Below, one piece after another: positions 1 through 9,813 of a DNA stretch of 39,238 nt; position 1 is the first letter of the stretch; every line of letters starts with the position of its first letter. Location: the IMG/VR virus record IMGVR_UViG_3300022181_000125, positions 1-39,238 of that record; one strand, given 5' to 3'. Under the pieces are notes generated by a model. That model ran no database searches. It saw only the letters and a list, made by a program, of their open reading frames with translations, and had not been told where the DNA came from. The position numbers and the translations under genes are program-made. The DNA comes from a virus. Its lineage: Duplodnaviria; Caudoviricetes.

Positions 1-417
1 TCATTTTTCCACCTCACTTTCGATCAAGCTGTAAGCGTACTCAGCCTGCTTGAATGGATCATTGAAAATCTTTCCTACTTTGGGCATGATAAATTTCGTT
101 GCTGGCTTACATTCTTCTTGCGGCTTATCTGGAAATATTCTGCCCAATTTCCGCTGCCGATTGAACCGTTCTGCTTCTGCTCTTTCAAAAGTCTCCTGAT
201 CAATAATTGCCGGATAATACTTGTCACCAAGGTAGCGTTTATTTTGCAGGATTCTCTTTACACTCGGGTGATTAAGCTTAAGTCCAACCGCTTCAGCTGC
301 TGCTACGTAGGCAAGGCCAGATAAATAACCCTTGAAAATCATCCGAACCTGCTCTGCTTGTTCTTCATTTATGATAGCTTTTCCTTTCTCATTTCTATAT
401 CCATATGGTATTGCCAT
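1..417 (-). CDS. Small recombinase-domain protein (middle gene of a serine recombinase cluster)
   Basis: IPYGY...IL.N.rY.G...yPaII..etFe recombinase DNA-binding pattern with no catalytic domain. Its stop overlaps an ATG (ATGA at 4..1) preceded by GAGG, so another gene starts at the window edge. Confidence 0.8.
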   Translation of the reverse strand: MAIPYGYRNEKGKAIINEEQAEQVRMIFKGYLSGLAYVAAAEAVGLKLNHPSVKRILQNKRYLGDKYYPAIIDQETFERAEAERFNRQRKLGRIFPDKPQEECKPATKFIMPKVGKIFNDPFKQAEYAYSLIESEVEK

Positions 418-421
418 CGTC

Positions 422-1972
422 TCACAACCTTTCTCTCAATGTTAATCCGCACTTAAGCACAAAGCCAATTTCAAATCTTTTGAACACGATAATGTACTCT
501 ACATGCTCTACAAACGCAGCTTCAACGAATTCTTTAAGAGTACCCACGGTATTGATGTACTTGATGAGTTTATTGAGGGCTTCCAGGTGCTCGTGCTCAT
601 GAGCGAGCGAAGCGTAAAGTGTTTCTTTTTCATCACTGATCTGTTTAGCTTCAGCAAGAAGACCTAAGTTCTGCTCATTGAAAACCGCCGTTTCAAGATA
701 TTCCTTAGCAAACAGCTCCGTTATCTTTTGCCTCTTGTTCAAATTGTCTTCAAGAGCCACATCCAATTTATCAAGTCGCGCCAGCACTTCTCCCTGGTTG
801 AGGTCTTTTAGGCTTGTTTGCAAAGGCTGCAATAACACTTTCTTAGAAAATACCAGCTTGTTGATCATATTCAAGAAAGCTATTTCAATATTTCTTTCGC
901 GGATGAATTGCATGCTGCACTGGTCTACTCTTTTAATATGTGTTTTACACGCATAAGCGAAGTATTGTACTTTTGATTTAGTATGCGTTCTTCTTTTCCA
1001 AGTGGCACCACATTCGCCGCAAATTATTTTGCCAGAAAACGGGTAGCGGTTTTGATACTTTCCTTCACCCGTCTGAATTTTCATCTCATTGGAGCGCCTT
1101 TTGATCATCGACTGTACTAAATCAAAATCTTCAGCAGTAATAATAGCTTCGTGATGCTCGGCAATGTAGTATTGGTTCTTCTCACCATTATTGATGTGCC
1201 TGGCGAACGTGTCATCAGTAAATGTTTTTTGGAAAAGCACATCGCCTTTATACTTTTCGTTCCGAAGAATCGATAGCACTGTCCCAGATGTCCATTCTCT
1301 TTTTTTCCTGGTTGGGATGCCTTTTTCATTAAGCGCTCTAGCGATTAAATGTCCACCTTTACCAGCTAAACACTCTGAAAAAATGTACCTGACTACCTCA
1401 ACCTCATCTTCATCGATCACCATCAAGCCATCCTCGTTTTTGTAACCGTATGGCGGAGAAGCAATAATGTAAGTTCCGTTTTGGAATCTCTTCTCAATGG
1501 ACCATTTTTCATTCTCCGAAAGGGAAACCGACTCGCTTTCCGCAAGGCTGCTAAATATTGTGAGCAGCAGCTCACTCTCCATGTCTCCGGTGTTGATATT
1601 TTCTTTCTCGAAGTAAATGAACACTTTCAGCTTTATCAACTTTCTAACCGCTTCAAGGCACTCTGTGGTATTTCTGGCAAATCGGCTGATGGATTTGATA
1701 ATGATGAAATCAATCTTACCGGCTTCGCAATCATCAAGCATTTTGCTAAGTCCACCACGCTTTGCCATGCTTGTGCCGGAGACGCCCTCGTCGTAGTAAA
1801 GTCCAACGTACTCCCAGTTGGGATTACTTTTAATGCTGGTTTCATAATGACTTTTTTGTGCTTCCAAGCTAACGAGTTGTTCGCGACTATCTGTTGAAAC
1901 GCGAGCATAAGCTGCAACCCGCAGTTTTTTCTGCAGCTTTTCGTCTGCTGCAATCTTTGTTATCCGTTTCAT
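422..1972 (-). CDS. Large serine recombinase (integrase)
   Basis: AYARVST catalytic Ser motif, SISRFARN, PPYGY, recombinase domain, CGECG...C zinc ribbon and coiled coil. Start moved to ATG 1972 behind AAGGAGG. Confidence 0.92.
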   Translation of the reverse strand: MKRITKIAADEKLQKKLRVAAYARVSTDSREQLVSLEAQKSHYETSIKSNPNWEYVGLYYDEGVSGTSMAKRGGLSKMLDDCEAGKIDFIIIKSISRFARNTTECLEAVRKLIKLKVFIYFEKENINTGDMESELLLTIFSSLAESESVSLSENEKWSIEKRFQNGTYIIASPPYGYKNEDGLMVIDEDEVEVVRYIFSECLAGKGGHLIARALNEKGIPTRKKREWTSGTVLSILRNEKYKGDVLFQKTFTDDTFARHINNGEKNQYYIAEHHEAIITAEDFDLVQSMIKRRSNEMKIQTGEGKYQNRYPFSGKIICGECGATWKRRTHTKSKVQYFAYACKTHIKRVDQCSMQFIRERNIEIAFLNMINKLVFSKKVLLQPLQTSLKDLNQGEVLARLDKLDVALEDNLNKRQKITELFAKEYLETAVFNEQNLGLLAEAKQISDEKETLYASLAHEHEHLEALNKLIKYINTVGTLKEFVEAAFVEHVEYIIVFKRFEIGFVLKCGLTLRERL

Positions 1973-1999
1973 TGTCTCAACCTCCTTTCCTTCCGTACT

Positions 2000-2031
2000 A
2001 TACATCACTCTAAAAGCCTTATTTATCAAGT
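2000..2031 (-). promoter_or_regulatory. Promoter-like motif ACTTG-N12-TTTAGAGTGATRTAT, copy A
   Basis: Upstream of the recombinase RBS; same motif and spacing at 23681..23712. Confidence 0.55.
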
Positions 2032-2034
2032 CTT

Positions 2035-2253
2035 TTATGTCAGTATCTCGGCTAAAAGAGGAGGAAAGGTTTCGCGATTTTTGGCCATTATCTTATCGTA
2101 TTCGTCCTGAGAAATAAGGCCTTTTTCTAAGAGTTTTTTTGTAATCTTCATGGCTACCAAATAATCATGCTCATTCTGAAGCGCACCCTCCGTGATCTTC
2201 TCAGCCTTATATTGAATGGAATGGGCGTTTTCCAACTTTGTCACATTCATCAT
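2035..2253 (-). CDS. Small SHOCT-like protein
   Basis: KKLLEKGLISQDEYDKI motif, usual position before recombinases, GAGG RBS before ATG 2253. Confidence 0.7.
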   Translation of the reverse strand: MMNVTKLENAHSIQYKAEKITEGALQNEHDYLVAMKITKKLLEKGLISQDEYDKIMAKNRETFPPLLAEILT

Positions 2254-2288
2254 CTCGACCTCTTTCCGAGGGAACCTATCAATCATCA

Positions 2289-2330
2289 CCCTCTAATAGT
2301 CCCAGGACAGAAAGCGGACGAATGAACGAA
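2289..2330 (-). promoter_or_regulatory. Bipartite motif TTCGTTCA-N13-TGTCCTGGGACT, copy 1
   Basis: One of four copies with an identical 13-nt spacer; faces the SHOCT/recombinase genes. Confidence 0.7.
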
Positions 2331-2337
2331 AAACAGT

Positions 2338-2382
2338 AAAAAAAATAATGCCTACCGAAAGACGAATCTCTCGATAGGCATT
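2338..2382 (-). terminator. Intrinsic terminator after the amidase
   Basis: AAUGCCUAUCGAGAGA-UUCG-UCUUUCGGUAGGCAUU 16-bp stem (G-U pairs form on the minus strand) followed by a U tract. Confidence 0.85.
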
Positions 2383-2391
2383 GCTCTGTAG

Positions 2392-3087
2392 TTACTCGCT
2401 GTATTTAATGAAAGCATCCGTGAAGCCTGCCGCCTTGACCTTCTTGAGAAGGGCATCGGCATTCGTCTTGACAGAAAACGCTCCAAGTTGGACGCGGTAG
2501 TATTTCTTCGCCACGGTCGACTCGACGGCAGCAAGACCGGTTCTTACATCAGCACGGAAGGTATCCATCGATTTTCCATGCTTCGGAAACCAGTGCATGA
2601 CATCGCCGTGGTTACTGGCAATTCCAAGTTTATTACCCTCCGAATGGCAGATGATTTCCTTTTCGGTAAGTCCGTATTGCTTGCAGAGATAGACGCAAAG
2701 TTCCACGGCTTCCTTGTAAACGGCATTAAAATACGAGGCATCGGTCAGACCGTCCTCGCAGATTTCAAAGCCGATATGTGTATCGTTTGCTGCACCTCCG
2801 GCATGCCAGCCTCTGTGATTCCACGGTAGCGTCTGATAGGTGGCGATGCCTCCGTCAGCCAGCATACCGATGAATCCGTGGACGCAGACCTGACGGCCGT
2901 CTGGCTGGTCCTGATTCCAGTGATTGTTATACTGGTTTTTACCCAGAAGACCGTCGTCCGGCCCTACATAGCGTTTCAGATATGGGTTGTTCGCCCCGGT
3001 GGAATGCACCATAATACCTTTTGGTACGATGGTTTTTCCTGCTTTGTAGCAGGCGTTGTTTGTCAGAATGAGTTTATGCAGATTCAT
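2392..3087 (-). CDS. Endolysin: N-acetylmuramoyl-L-alanine amidase (Amidase_2) with C-terminal SPOR domain
   Basis: IMVHST, WHAGG, IGFEICE, CHSE zinc-amidase motifs; YRVQLGAFS...NA...GF.DAFI SPOR motif. Confidence 0.9.
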   Translation of the reverse strand: MNLHKLILTNNACYKAGKTIVPKGIMVHSTGANNPYLKRYVGPDDGLLGKNQYNNHWNQDQPDGRQVCVHGFIGMLADGGIATYQTLPWNHRGWHAGGAANDTHIGFEICEDGLTDASYFNAVYKEAVELCVYLCKQYGLTEKEIICHSEGNKLGIASNHGDVMHWFPKHGKSMDTFRADVRTGLAAVESTVAKKYYRVQLGAFSVKTNADALLKKVKAAGFTDAFIKYSE

Positions 3088-3490
3088 TTTTATTGTCCTC
3101 CTTGTTAAGCTGTTTCAACACTGACCTGAGCTTATCTGGGATAGGCAGGCCAATTTTAGCGGCATTCTCAATAATGCTGATTCCTTCATTAGATAAATAG
3201 AAGAAGATGACAGCCGTCCTTATTCCGCTTCCGGTTTGAATAAGCTTTGAATCAATGATGTGGCCAATTGCAACTAGTGAAAATAGCAGAACCTTTTTGA
3301 AGATTCCTCTGAAGCCCACCTCGCTTGATAGCCGTTTCTCCAGGATGGCCACCATGACTCCTGTTAGGTAGTCGATAACGACAAATGCCACCAAAGCATA
3401 CAAGAACCCATCCCAGCCGCCTAAGAAATACCCGATATAGGCACCTGCAGCGGCAATTACAATCTGAATCGTGTTAACAATGTCTTTCAT
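3074..3490 (-). CDS. Holin (phage holin 4_1 type)
   Basis: Hydrophobic segments, DYLTG, NEGISIIENA..IGLPIP motif; directly upstream of the amidase. Confidence 0.9.
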   Translation of the reverse strand: MKDIVNTIQIVIAAAGAYIGYFLGGWDGFLYALVAFVVIDYLTGVMVAILEKRLSSEVGFRGIFKKVLLFSLVAIGHIIDSKLIQTGSGIRTAVIFFYLSNEGISIIENAAKIGLPIPDKLRSVLKQLNKEDNKNESA

Positions 3491-3510
3491 TCTTTAATCC
3501 TCCTCGATTT

Positions 3511-3537
3511 AAAATAAAAAGGAGCCAGAAGGCTCCC
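3511..3537 (-). terminator. Intrinsic terminator between tail and lysis genes
   Basis: GGAGCC-UUCU-GGCUCC followed by UUUUUAUUUU. Confidence 0.7.
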
Positions 3538-3560
3538 TAAGCAACTTGTATTTTTGTCAG

Positions 3561-6500
3561 CTATCCAAATATAGATAGTGAGACTACAGGACAGTCGATG
3601 TACCCTCCGTCGAGGTCCTCGCATGTCAGTCCGATGAATAAATTGGTAATTTCAGCAGGATCTGAGGCTGCCACAGCTGTATTTGCCGACGTTGCAGTTG
3701 GTTCACAGGCATTTGCGCAGAACGCATAATTCGCATCGATCAGCTCATTGGCAAAGTTGACAGCATAATAACCGGTTCCAATATCCGAAACGGTATGAAT
3801 GCCAGCCCCCCTTCTGATGGCGCATCTTCTTAGCGTAATGTTTCCACTCGTTGTCAAAGAGGTTCCTGCCGTGTATTTAAAGGTGTCAGCTGTTACCTCA
3901 GTAATTTTATATGCGCCATCCACTCCTGTGCCGGAAGTTATATCAGAGTAGATCATGTGCCCAATTTTGTGGCCGTGTCCTGTCAGGGTTACCGTTACGG
4001 TTGTTCCGCTTTGTGCATAGGTTCCGGTGGCATTAGCATTTGTAATCCCATTGAACGTCACCCATGCCAAGCAACCACCAAGTGCACTTCCACCGCCGCC
4101 AGGCACAAATTCAAGACCGCTACCATCCGCTTTGACAGCCACTACTCTAGTTCCTTGCCCTAAATAGCTGTCAGGCGTATCCGTTAATTCTAAGAAATCA
4201 TGAACATGGTCGGTCTCTGAGTAAACATTGGTGTGTAAGTGGTTCGTGTTTGCCTTTGTTGCAAGGATGGTATTTATCTCGGATTCGGAGTACGTGCCAC
4301 TGCTTGATGGAGGCACTGCAAGCACATCAGAGCCGCTGAACTGCGACATGCGCTCAACCTTTTGGTTCAGCTTAATCTCATGCTCCAGCATCATATTGTG
4401 TAGCTCCAACGTATATTCCAGGGCACTGTTTTCATCGTTCTCACTTACTGTGATCCCACGAACTCTCACCTTGCCATCAAATCCGGCATCGTCTGTTCCT
4501 TCGGGTGCAATCTTCCAGCCAATCCAATCACCGATCAAGTAGGACTCGAAAGGTTTCAGCCTGTTTCCCTCGTCATCGTAGAACTTCGTTACAGTTCCTT
4601 GTATCCCCCAGGTCGGGAAAGCGGCTCGGCTCAGGTATGCTTGTCCATACTCGCTCAGCCCGGACTGAATGTTGCTTGCAGACAGGTACCCTTCTCTTCG
4701 TCCATACGCAGTTTGACTAACAGAGTTCGTCGCGATCGCCAGCAACTTGTCGCCGCCCTCAACCAACACTTCATTGACCAAGTGCGTTGCATCACTCTGA
4801 TTCTGATGGCTAAGAATGGCCTGACCCGGCCTGTATACTACCTTGTCGTAAAGGTCCATGCCCCTTGATTTATAAATCTTGAGCACAAGGTTTGGTGTCA
4901 TTTCTATATCGAAGTATCCAAGACCATCGGTAAATTTGGACACGACCTCGCTGAGCGGTGTGCCGACGTGGAAAGTTAAATTCACGTCCTCTGTAAACAG
5001 GTTGCCCAGGCTATCCATGTCATCTTGCCAGTCAATCGTTACCCCAGCAAGGCCACCACGGTTCTGTGCTTCGAGGAGCAGGGTCCTTAATACCTTGCTT
5101 GCCGATCCTGTGAACGGCCTGTCCAATGCAGGCGTGCCCATATTTTCCGGGTACACAACAGCCCTGCTAAGTACATTCAGAACACCTCGGCCACTTACTT
5201 CAATGATCTGTTTCTCGCCGCTGTCAACATAATTCGGTTTCCTTGATTCTATGATCCACTTGAATAATGGATTGCCGTCAAGCTTAACAAGAATCAAGTT
5301 GTCATCCGCAATGTACGTCCTGTCGCCACCGGTGTCATCATATCGGCTGATACTAAAGCTTCCACTGCCGGGTTTGTTTTGGAGCATCTGGAAGGACTTG
5401 TTGAACGCGCCGTCCAGCTGTCTTACTATAATGTTCGGGTTGGTCCTGTCGCAAACAAACAGCTCAATGCCGATGTCATCTGCCGGAAGCCCTTCATAGA
5501 TCTCGAAGCCTATAAGGTTGCTATTCTGTACTACAGGAGCAGTAAGTTGAACCTTTATGCTTCCGGTCTCAGCATCCATCGGGAGCTGAAACACAATCTT
5601 TTCCCAAGTCCACTCCAGTACGCTGCAAAGCTTGGTGCCAATATAGACAAATCCACCATAGCTTCTCAAGTACCTGTTCACATTACTGAGATCTACTGAC
5701 GTATGCGTGTAACCAAAGCCGTTTCCATACAAGGTCAATATCGATCCGGGCTCACCTCTGGTAACGGAAATCGACTGAATCCAGGGGAAGGGTGGATCAT
5801 CCGTAACATTGAGCGGATTGTACAAGGCTCTCGTTGCTCTCAGCTTTCCAAACGCACGATTGAACACATTGTACAGAGCTCGCTTGTCTCTCGGTTTTCC
5901 AAAAGCCCTGTTCTCTTTCAAGTCCAGAGTTCTCGCCGCCATTGGTTTCCCAAAGGCAATGTTCTCAAGCAGCGACATGTACCTGGGCAATGGAAATGGT
6001 CCACCAGTCAAGTTGAACGTGTTAATCTGGCTCCATCCGGTATCAATGCCCAGCGTTGCATTGACCGCCCTTGCTCTCCAGCAAAGGAACCCGTCATACA
6101 CGTCCTGCGGGTAAAACGTTGTCGGTTCACCACATGGCAAAGCTGAAACCGTGGTTGTTCTATGCTGTAAACCTGTAAACTGAGCGGTTCGGTCTATTTC
6201 TATTGTCATGTTCGCAACTGCATCAAGGACGAGCTGCATTTCCATTTTCATCAGAGAGGGTGTTTTCGTAATATCTGACGTGTTCAAAGTTTGCTTGAAC
6301 CAGATATATTTGCCATTCACATCATCATTCTGAGCAATAACCGGACATTGAGCACCGTTCGTTGATTGTGTATACGAACCTGGAGAATTCAAGTCACTGG
6401 TCAAAGCACAGCTAATCGCAATGCTCGTTCCGGTGGGCATATCCCCGAGCTCCCACGTAATTATCTCGTCACCATAGGCCCTGCCGCTGAGTGCAAAAGG

Positions 6501-7223
6501 GCCAATGACTCTGTTTCCTGTTGTGTAGAAATCAAAATCGTAACCGATGCCCTCGAGCAGTTCCATTTCCGAAAACGATACGTCCGTTCCGCTCTGGTTC
6601 GAGGTGACATTCAGCCGATAGTAACTGTACAAGGCGACATTGGCATAGGCCACGGTGAACGTCTTCAGTTCATTCATTGCCCACGAAATCTGGCCAGTCT
6701 GTGTATCCAGAACCGTCCAGTTTGCACCATCATTACTGCCCTCAAACGTCCAGTCTTTCGGGCTGTCAATCAAGTACGTATCATTTCTTGCCCTGATTGT
6801 ATATCCGGAAATTTTCTTTGCTGAAGGAAGGGCAACGGTCAAAATGCCGGACGTGGAGCCAATAGCCCATCTGCTGTTCGGGGAGTTGTCAAAAGCTCTC
6901 CAACCTTCATAGCCGGAGCCAAGATTCCCACTGTCACTAACCGTTACGCCTTCTGTCGTAGCCGCTGTCATGAGCGGAACGACATCGGAGCCATTTGTGT
7001 AGCCTTTCGGCGTAGTGCTTGGATCTTCATCCAACTGCAAACCGATGAAGGTCGGTACATGATCTATCTCAACTTCTCTTGTCACAACATGGGTAAACAC
7101 ACCCTCTTCATCGAAGTCGGCTTTCACCAACTCTTCATAGGTTCGTACCCATTTTGCGGTCAAGGACAAGCTGCTTGTTATCGCTTGATCTTGAGGTGCG
7201 ATCAACCTTATTCTATCTGGCAT
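3561..7223 (-). CDS. Large tail tip/adhesion protein (F5/8 type C domain, IPT/TIG-like domain, Tal/baseplate-hub-like region, C-terminal fibre-like domain)
   Basis: WRAFD...PKDWTFEGSNDG..W...YYRL discoidin pattern; G.PG.iltlyG.GFG IPT pattern; YGRRE and GDWI hub-like motifs; AWVTFNG...GTGYYAVNF C-terminus; position after Dit. Confidence 0.75.
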   Translation of the reverse strand: MPDRIRLIAPQDQAITSSLSLTAKWVRTYEELVKADFDEEGVFTHVVTREVEIDHVPTFIGLQLDEDPSTTPKGYTNGSDVVPLMTAATTEGVTVSDSGNLGSGYEGWRAFDNSPNSRWAIGSTSGILTVALPSAKKISGYTIRARNDTYLIDSPKDWTFEGSNDGANWTVLDTQTGQISWAMNELKTFTVAYANVALYSYYRLNVTSNQSGTDVSFSEMELLEGIGYDFDFYTTGNRVIGPFALSGRAYGDEIITWELGDMPTGTSIAISCALTSDLNSPGSYTQSTNGAQCPVIAQNDDVNGKYIWFKQTLNTSDITKTPSLMKMEMQLVLDAVANMTIEIDRTAQFTGLQHRTTTVSALPCGEPTTFYPQDVYDGFLCWRARAVNATLGIDTGWSQINTFNLTGGPFPLPRYMSLLENIAFGKPMAARTLDLKENRAFGKPRDKRALYNVFNRAFGKLRATRALYNPLNVTDDPPFPWIQSISVTRGEPGSILTLYGNGFGYTHTSVDLSNVNRYLRSYGGFVYIGTKLCSVLEWTWEKIVFQLPMDAETGSIKVQLTAPVVQNSNLIGFEIYEGLPADDIGIELFVCDRTNPNIIVRQLDGAFNKSFQMLQNKPGSGSFSISRYDDTGGDRTYIADDNLILVKLDGNPLFKWIIESRKPNYVDSGEKQIIEVSGRGVLNVLSRAVVYPENMGTPALDRPFTGSASKVLRTLLLEAQNRGGLAGVTIDWQDDMDSLGNLFTEDVNLTFHVGTPLSEVVSKFTDGLGYFDIEMTPNLVLKIYKSRGMDLYDKVVYRPGQAILSHQNQSDATHLVNEVLVEGGDKLLAIATNSVSQTAYGRREGYLSASNIQSGLSEYGQAYLSRAAFPTWGIQGTVTKFYDDEGNRLKPFESYLIGDWIGWKIAPEGTDDAGFDGKVRVRGITVSENDENSALEYTLELHNMMLEHEIKLNQKVERMSQFSGSDVLAVPPSSSGTYSESEINTILATKANTNHLHTNVYSETDHVHDFLELTDTPDSYLGQGTRVVAVKADGSGLEFVPGGGGSALGGCLAWVTFNGITNANATGTYAQSGTTVTVTLTGHGHKIGHMIYSDITSGTGVDGAYKITEVTADTFKYTAGTSLTTSGNITLRRCAIRRGAGIHTVSDIGTGYYAVNFANELIDANYAFCANACEPTATSANTAVAASDPAEITNLFIGLTCEDLDGGYIDCPVVSLSIFG

Positions 7224-7238
7224 TATCTCACCTCCATG

Positions 7239-8126
7239 CTATGACCAGCTTCCTATCAGTACCTCAATTCTCGGTGACCTCGGTCCGAGCATCTGCGTTG
7301 GCGGCGGGATCGTGTTTTTAACAATGATGCTTGCGCTTGCTGCTCCTTGAGGGAGGGAAGTAATCGTAGCCCCTGTCACCCACGTAACACCCTCGTCCAT
7401 ACTGAACAGAAAATCCTGGTCTATCAAGGACAGCGTTATATTATTCGCTGTCTTTGTCGTACTGCTGTTGTAAAGTTTAATCCTGTGCGTTGTCGTGGTT
7501 CCTTCCGGCCTGTCACCGAAATCAAGGTCTCGGATAAATTCAGGATCTCCGCTCGCATCGTCATCCAAGAACAGGACGTCATTCACTACCTCACCAGCTG
7601 CTTTCATGCCATAGACATGCAATGCATAGATGACCGCGCCCATGTAGGAGCCGGTTGTAGCATATTCAACCCGCAGGCATCTTATGGATTCAGAGAACGT
7701 ACAAGGCTGTATCTGGTCTCGCCAATCATCGTCGCCCATCAGTCTTGTTGGAATGCTGCCATTTGGCAAGTTAGCCGCTATCCAGGTACCATCTAAGCCA
7801 TTCGTTGTATTGGCACTGCCATGAACAGTGACGGATTGCAAACTGCTTGCGGGCGGCATCTGACCAACATAAGACTGAGCATGCAGCATCCCTAAGCCGG
7901 AAACATTATATTTGTGCGGCAAAAAAATCCACAGTACAAGCTTAATTCCATAATTGCTATTATAGGTTTGATTCACCGCGTATGTGCTGTTGCTTAAACC
8001 GTTTAACTTAGACATCTCATCCGTACTCAATGCTGACGCCATATCAACGATGGACGTTCCTCTATATACAGAGCCTCCTCCAACGTCATAACTAAATTTC
8101 CTTCCGGGGACAGTCGGGTAAGCCAT
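7239..8126 (-). CDS. Tail/baseplate-associated protein, paralog 2
   Basis: Clear paralog of 8139..9014; lies in the tail module. Confidence 0.7.
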   Translation of the reverse strand: MAYPTVPGRKFSYDVGGGSVYRGTSIVDMASALSTDEMSKLNGLSNSTYAVNQTYNSNYGIKLVLWIFLPHKYNVSGLGMLHAQSYVGQMPPASSLQSVTVHGSANTTNGLDGTWIAANLPNGSIPTRLMGDDDWRDQIQPCTFSESIRCLRVEYATTGSYMGAVIYALHVYGMKAAGEVVNDVLFLDDDASGDPEFIRDLDFGDRPEGTTTTHRIKLYNSSTTKTANNITLSLIDQDFLFSMDEGVTWVTGATITSLPQGAASASIIVKNTIPPPTQMLGPRSPRIEVLIGSWS

Positions 8127-8138
8127 CTAATCCACCTC

Positions 8139-9014
8139 CTATGACCAACTACCAATCGACACTTCAAATCTTGGCGCTCTTGGACCAAGCATCTGTGTCG
8201 GAGGCGGTATCGTATTTTTGACAATAATGCTTGCACTGGTTCCCTGCGGAGCCAAAGACGTAATCGTTGCTCCGGTAATCCACGTTATCCCTTCATCCAT
8301 ACTGAACAGTAGATCCGTATCAATCAGCGAAAGGGATAAGTTGTGGGCAATCTTTGTCGTGCTGCTGTTGAATAGCTTAATCCGCTTCATGATTGTGGTG
8401 CCTTCCTGCCGGTCTCCCCAGTCCATGTCTCGGATATATTCCGGGTCATTTGTCACGTCATCTTCTAAGAACAATATGTCATCCGGAATCTCACCCTCTG
8501 CTTTCACACCATAGATATGCAGAGCGTATACATAAATACGTTGCCACGAACCAGAGTCAGCCTGTGCATAATACCTAACTCTCAGAACTTTTATCGGCTC
8601 AGAGAACGTGCAAGGCTGAATACTATCCCTCCATACGTCATCGTCTGCCATCATTGCTGGTATCGCTCCGTTTGGTAGCGTGGCACTTATCCATGTACCA
8701 TCAAGACCATTCGTGCTATCCGGACTACCAGCAACACTAATACTGCCGTTACCCTTACCACCATAAACTTGGTGTATAAACCCAAGACCAGCAACCACAT
8801 ACTTCTGGGGCAGGAAAATCCATATCGTCTTTAGTGCCGCATCATTACCAACCTCGATATTCAATACTCGAGACGTATTTCCTGTACCATTCAATTTATT
8901 CATTTGGTCAGATGTCATAGCATTCGTTATGTCATTCGTATCGTTACCCCAGTATGCAGAACCACCGCCTATATCATATTCAAATTTCCGTCCGGGTAAG
9001 GTTGGATATGGCAT
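8139..9014 (-). CDS. Tail/baseplate-associated protein, paralog 1
   Basis: Shares YPT.PGRKF.YD.GGGS N-terminus and SASIIVKNTIPPPTQMLGPR.PR.EV.IGSWS C-terminus with 7239..8126. Confidence 0.7.
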   Translation of the reverse strand: MPYPTLPGRKFEYDIGGGSAYWGNDTNDITNAMTSDQMNKLNGTGNTSRVLNIEVGNDAALKTIWIFLPQKYVVAGLGFIHQVYGGKGNGSISVAGSPDSTNGLDGTWISATLPNGAIPAMMADDDVWRDSIQPCTFSEPIKVLRVRYYAQADSGSWQRIYVYALHIYGVKAEGEIPDDILFLEDDVTNDPEYIRDMDWGDRQEGTTIMKRIKLFNSSTTKIAHNLSLSLIDTDLLFSMDEGITWITGATITSLAPQGTSASIIVKNTIPPPTQMLGPRAPRFEVSIGSWS

Positions 9015-9026
9015 TTACTTCACCTC

Positions 9027-9800
9027 CTAATAAAAGGCAGGATAGTACTCAAATGTAATCCTGCCGCCAATCGTGTCTGTTTCAAGCTCCATGCTGTTGT
9101 TTCCCGCTTCGAGGATCATCCAGTAGGCGTCGCCGCCATGCTTGATAATCGAGATCATATTCGTATTGCCTTTCAGGCATGTGTAATATTTTGTGTTTAG
9201 AACCACTGATTCCCCGCTTGCTATTGTTCCAAGGAACTGAATCCAAACCCCATTGTTCTGATTTCTAATAATCGGATTACTTAGCGGTCCTTCCAAGGTA
9301 ATAACCATTGCTGTTACTGGCGCAGAGCCTTCATTGGCATGCGTCCATGCAAAGGGAGAGGAAGTAACCATCTTGGTCGTGGCGCTTTTTACGGTTCCAT
9401 AAAAGAATGGATCTGCTAATTCTAATTCCAAGGCAAATTTGGCATATCCGGGATTCTTCCTGACGAAATTTATCTCCGAACATAGCTCAGCTTGTGCCTG
9501 CCTGGTTTCTCCATTCCTCATCGTACGAATAAGCGGATGAAGCCCCGGATTACCAATGGCTTTCAGGAAAGCATCAATATTAGCATCTAGGTCGGCCCTG
9601 CTCGTTCCTTTTATCCACATGGAGAGGACAACTTTTCTACTGTCAAATCTTTTCTTAATCCACCTTTTACCATGCTGAAATGGCACTTGTAGGTCAGATC
9701 CTCTGTATTTAGGAATTCCAACACCCTCAATAACCTCTTCAACAGCCCGTTTTCCTCTTGCGGTAAGAGCAAATCCGTTAAACGTCCAATTCTCAGTCAA
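9027..9800 (-). CDS. Distal tail protein (Dit, siphovirus tail family)
   Basis: Follows the tape measure gene; WTFNG N-terminus, ADPFFYG, N.G..P and L..G.N motifs; TTG start behind GGAGG. Confidence 0.8.
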   Translation of the reverse strand: MTENWTFNGFALTARGKRAVEEVIEGVGIPKYRGSDLQVPFQHGKRWIKKRFDSRKVVLSMWIKGTSRADLDANIDAFLKAIGNPGLHPLIRTMRNGETRQAQAELCSEINFVRKNPGYAKFALELELADPFFYGTVKSATTKMVTSSPFAWTHANEGSAPVTAMVITLEGPLSNPIIRNQNNGVWIQFLGTIASGESVVLNTKYYTCLKGNTNMISIIKHGGDAYWMILEAGNNSMELETDTIGGRITFEYYPAFY

Positions 9801-9813
9801 TTGTATGCACCTC

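Noticed and set aside
7239-9014. Diversity-generating retroelement TR/VR pair
   Set aside because: Both copies are full-length ORFs differing largely at synonymous sites of all base types, and no reverse transcriptase gene is in the window.
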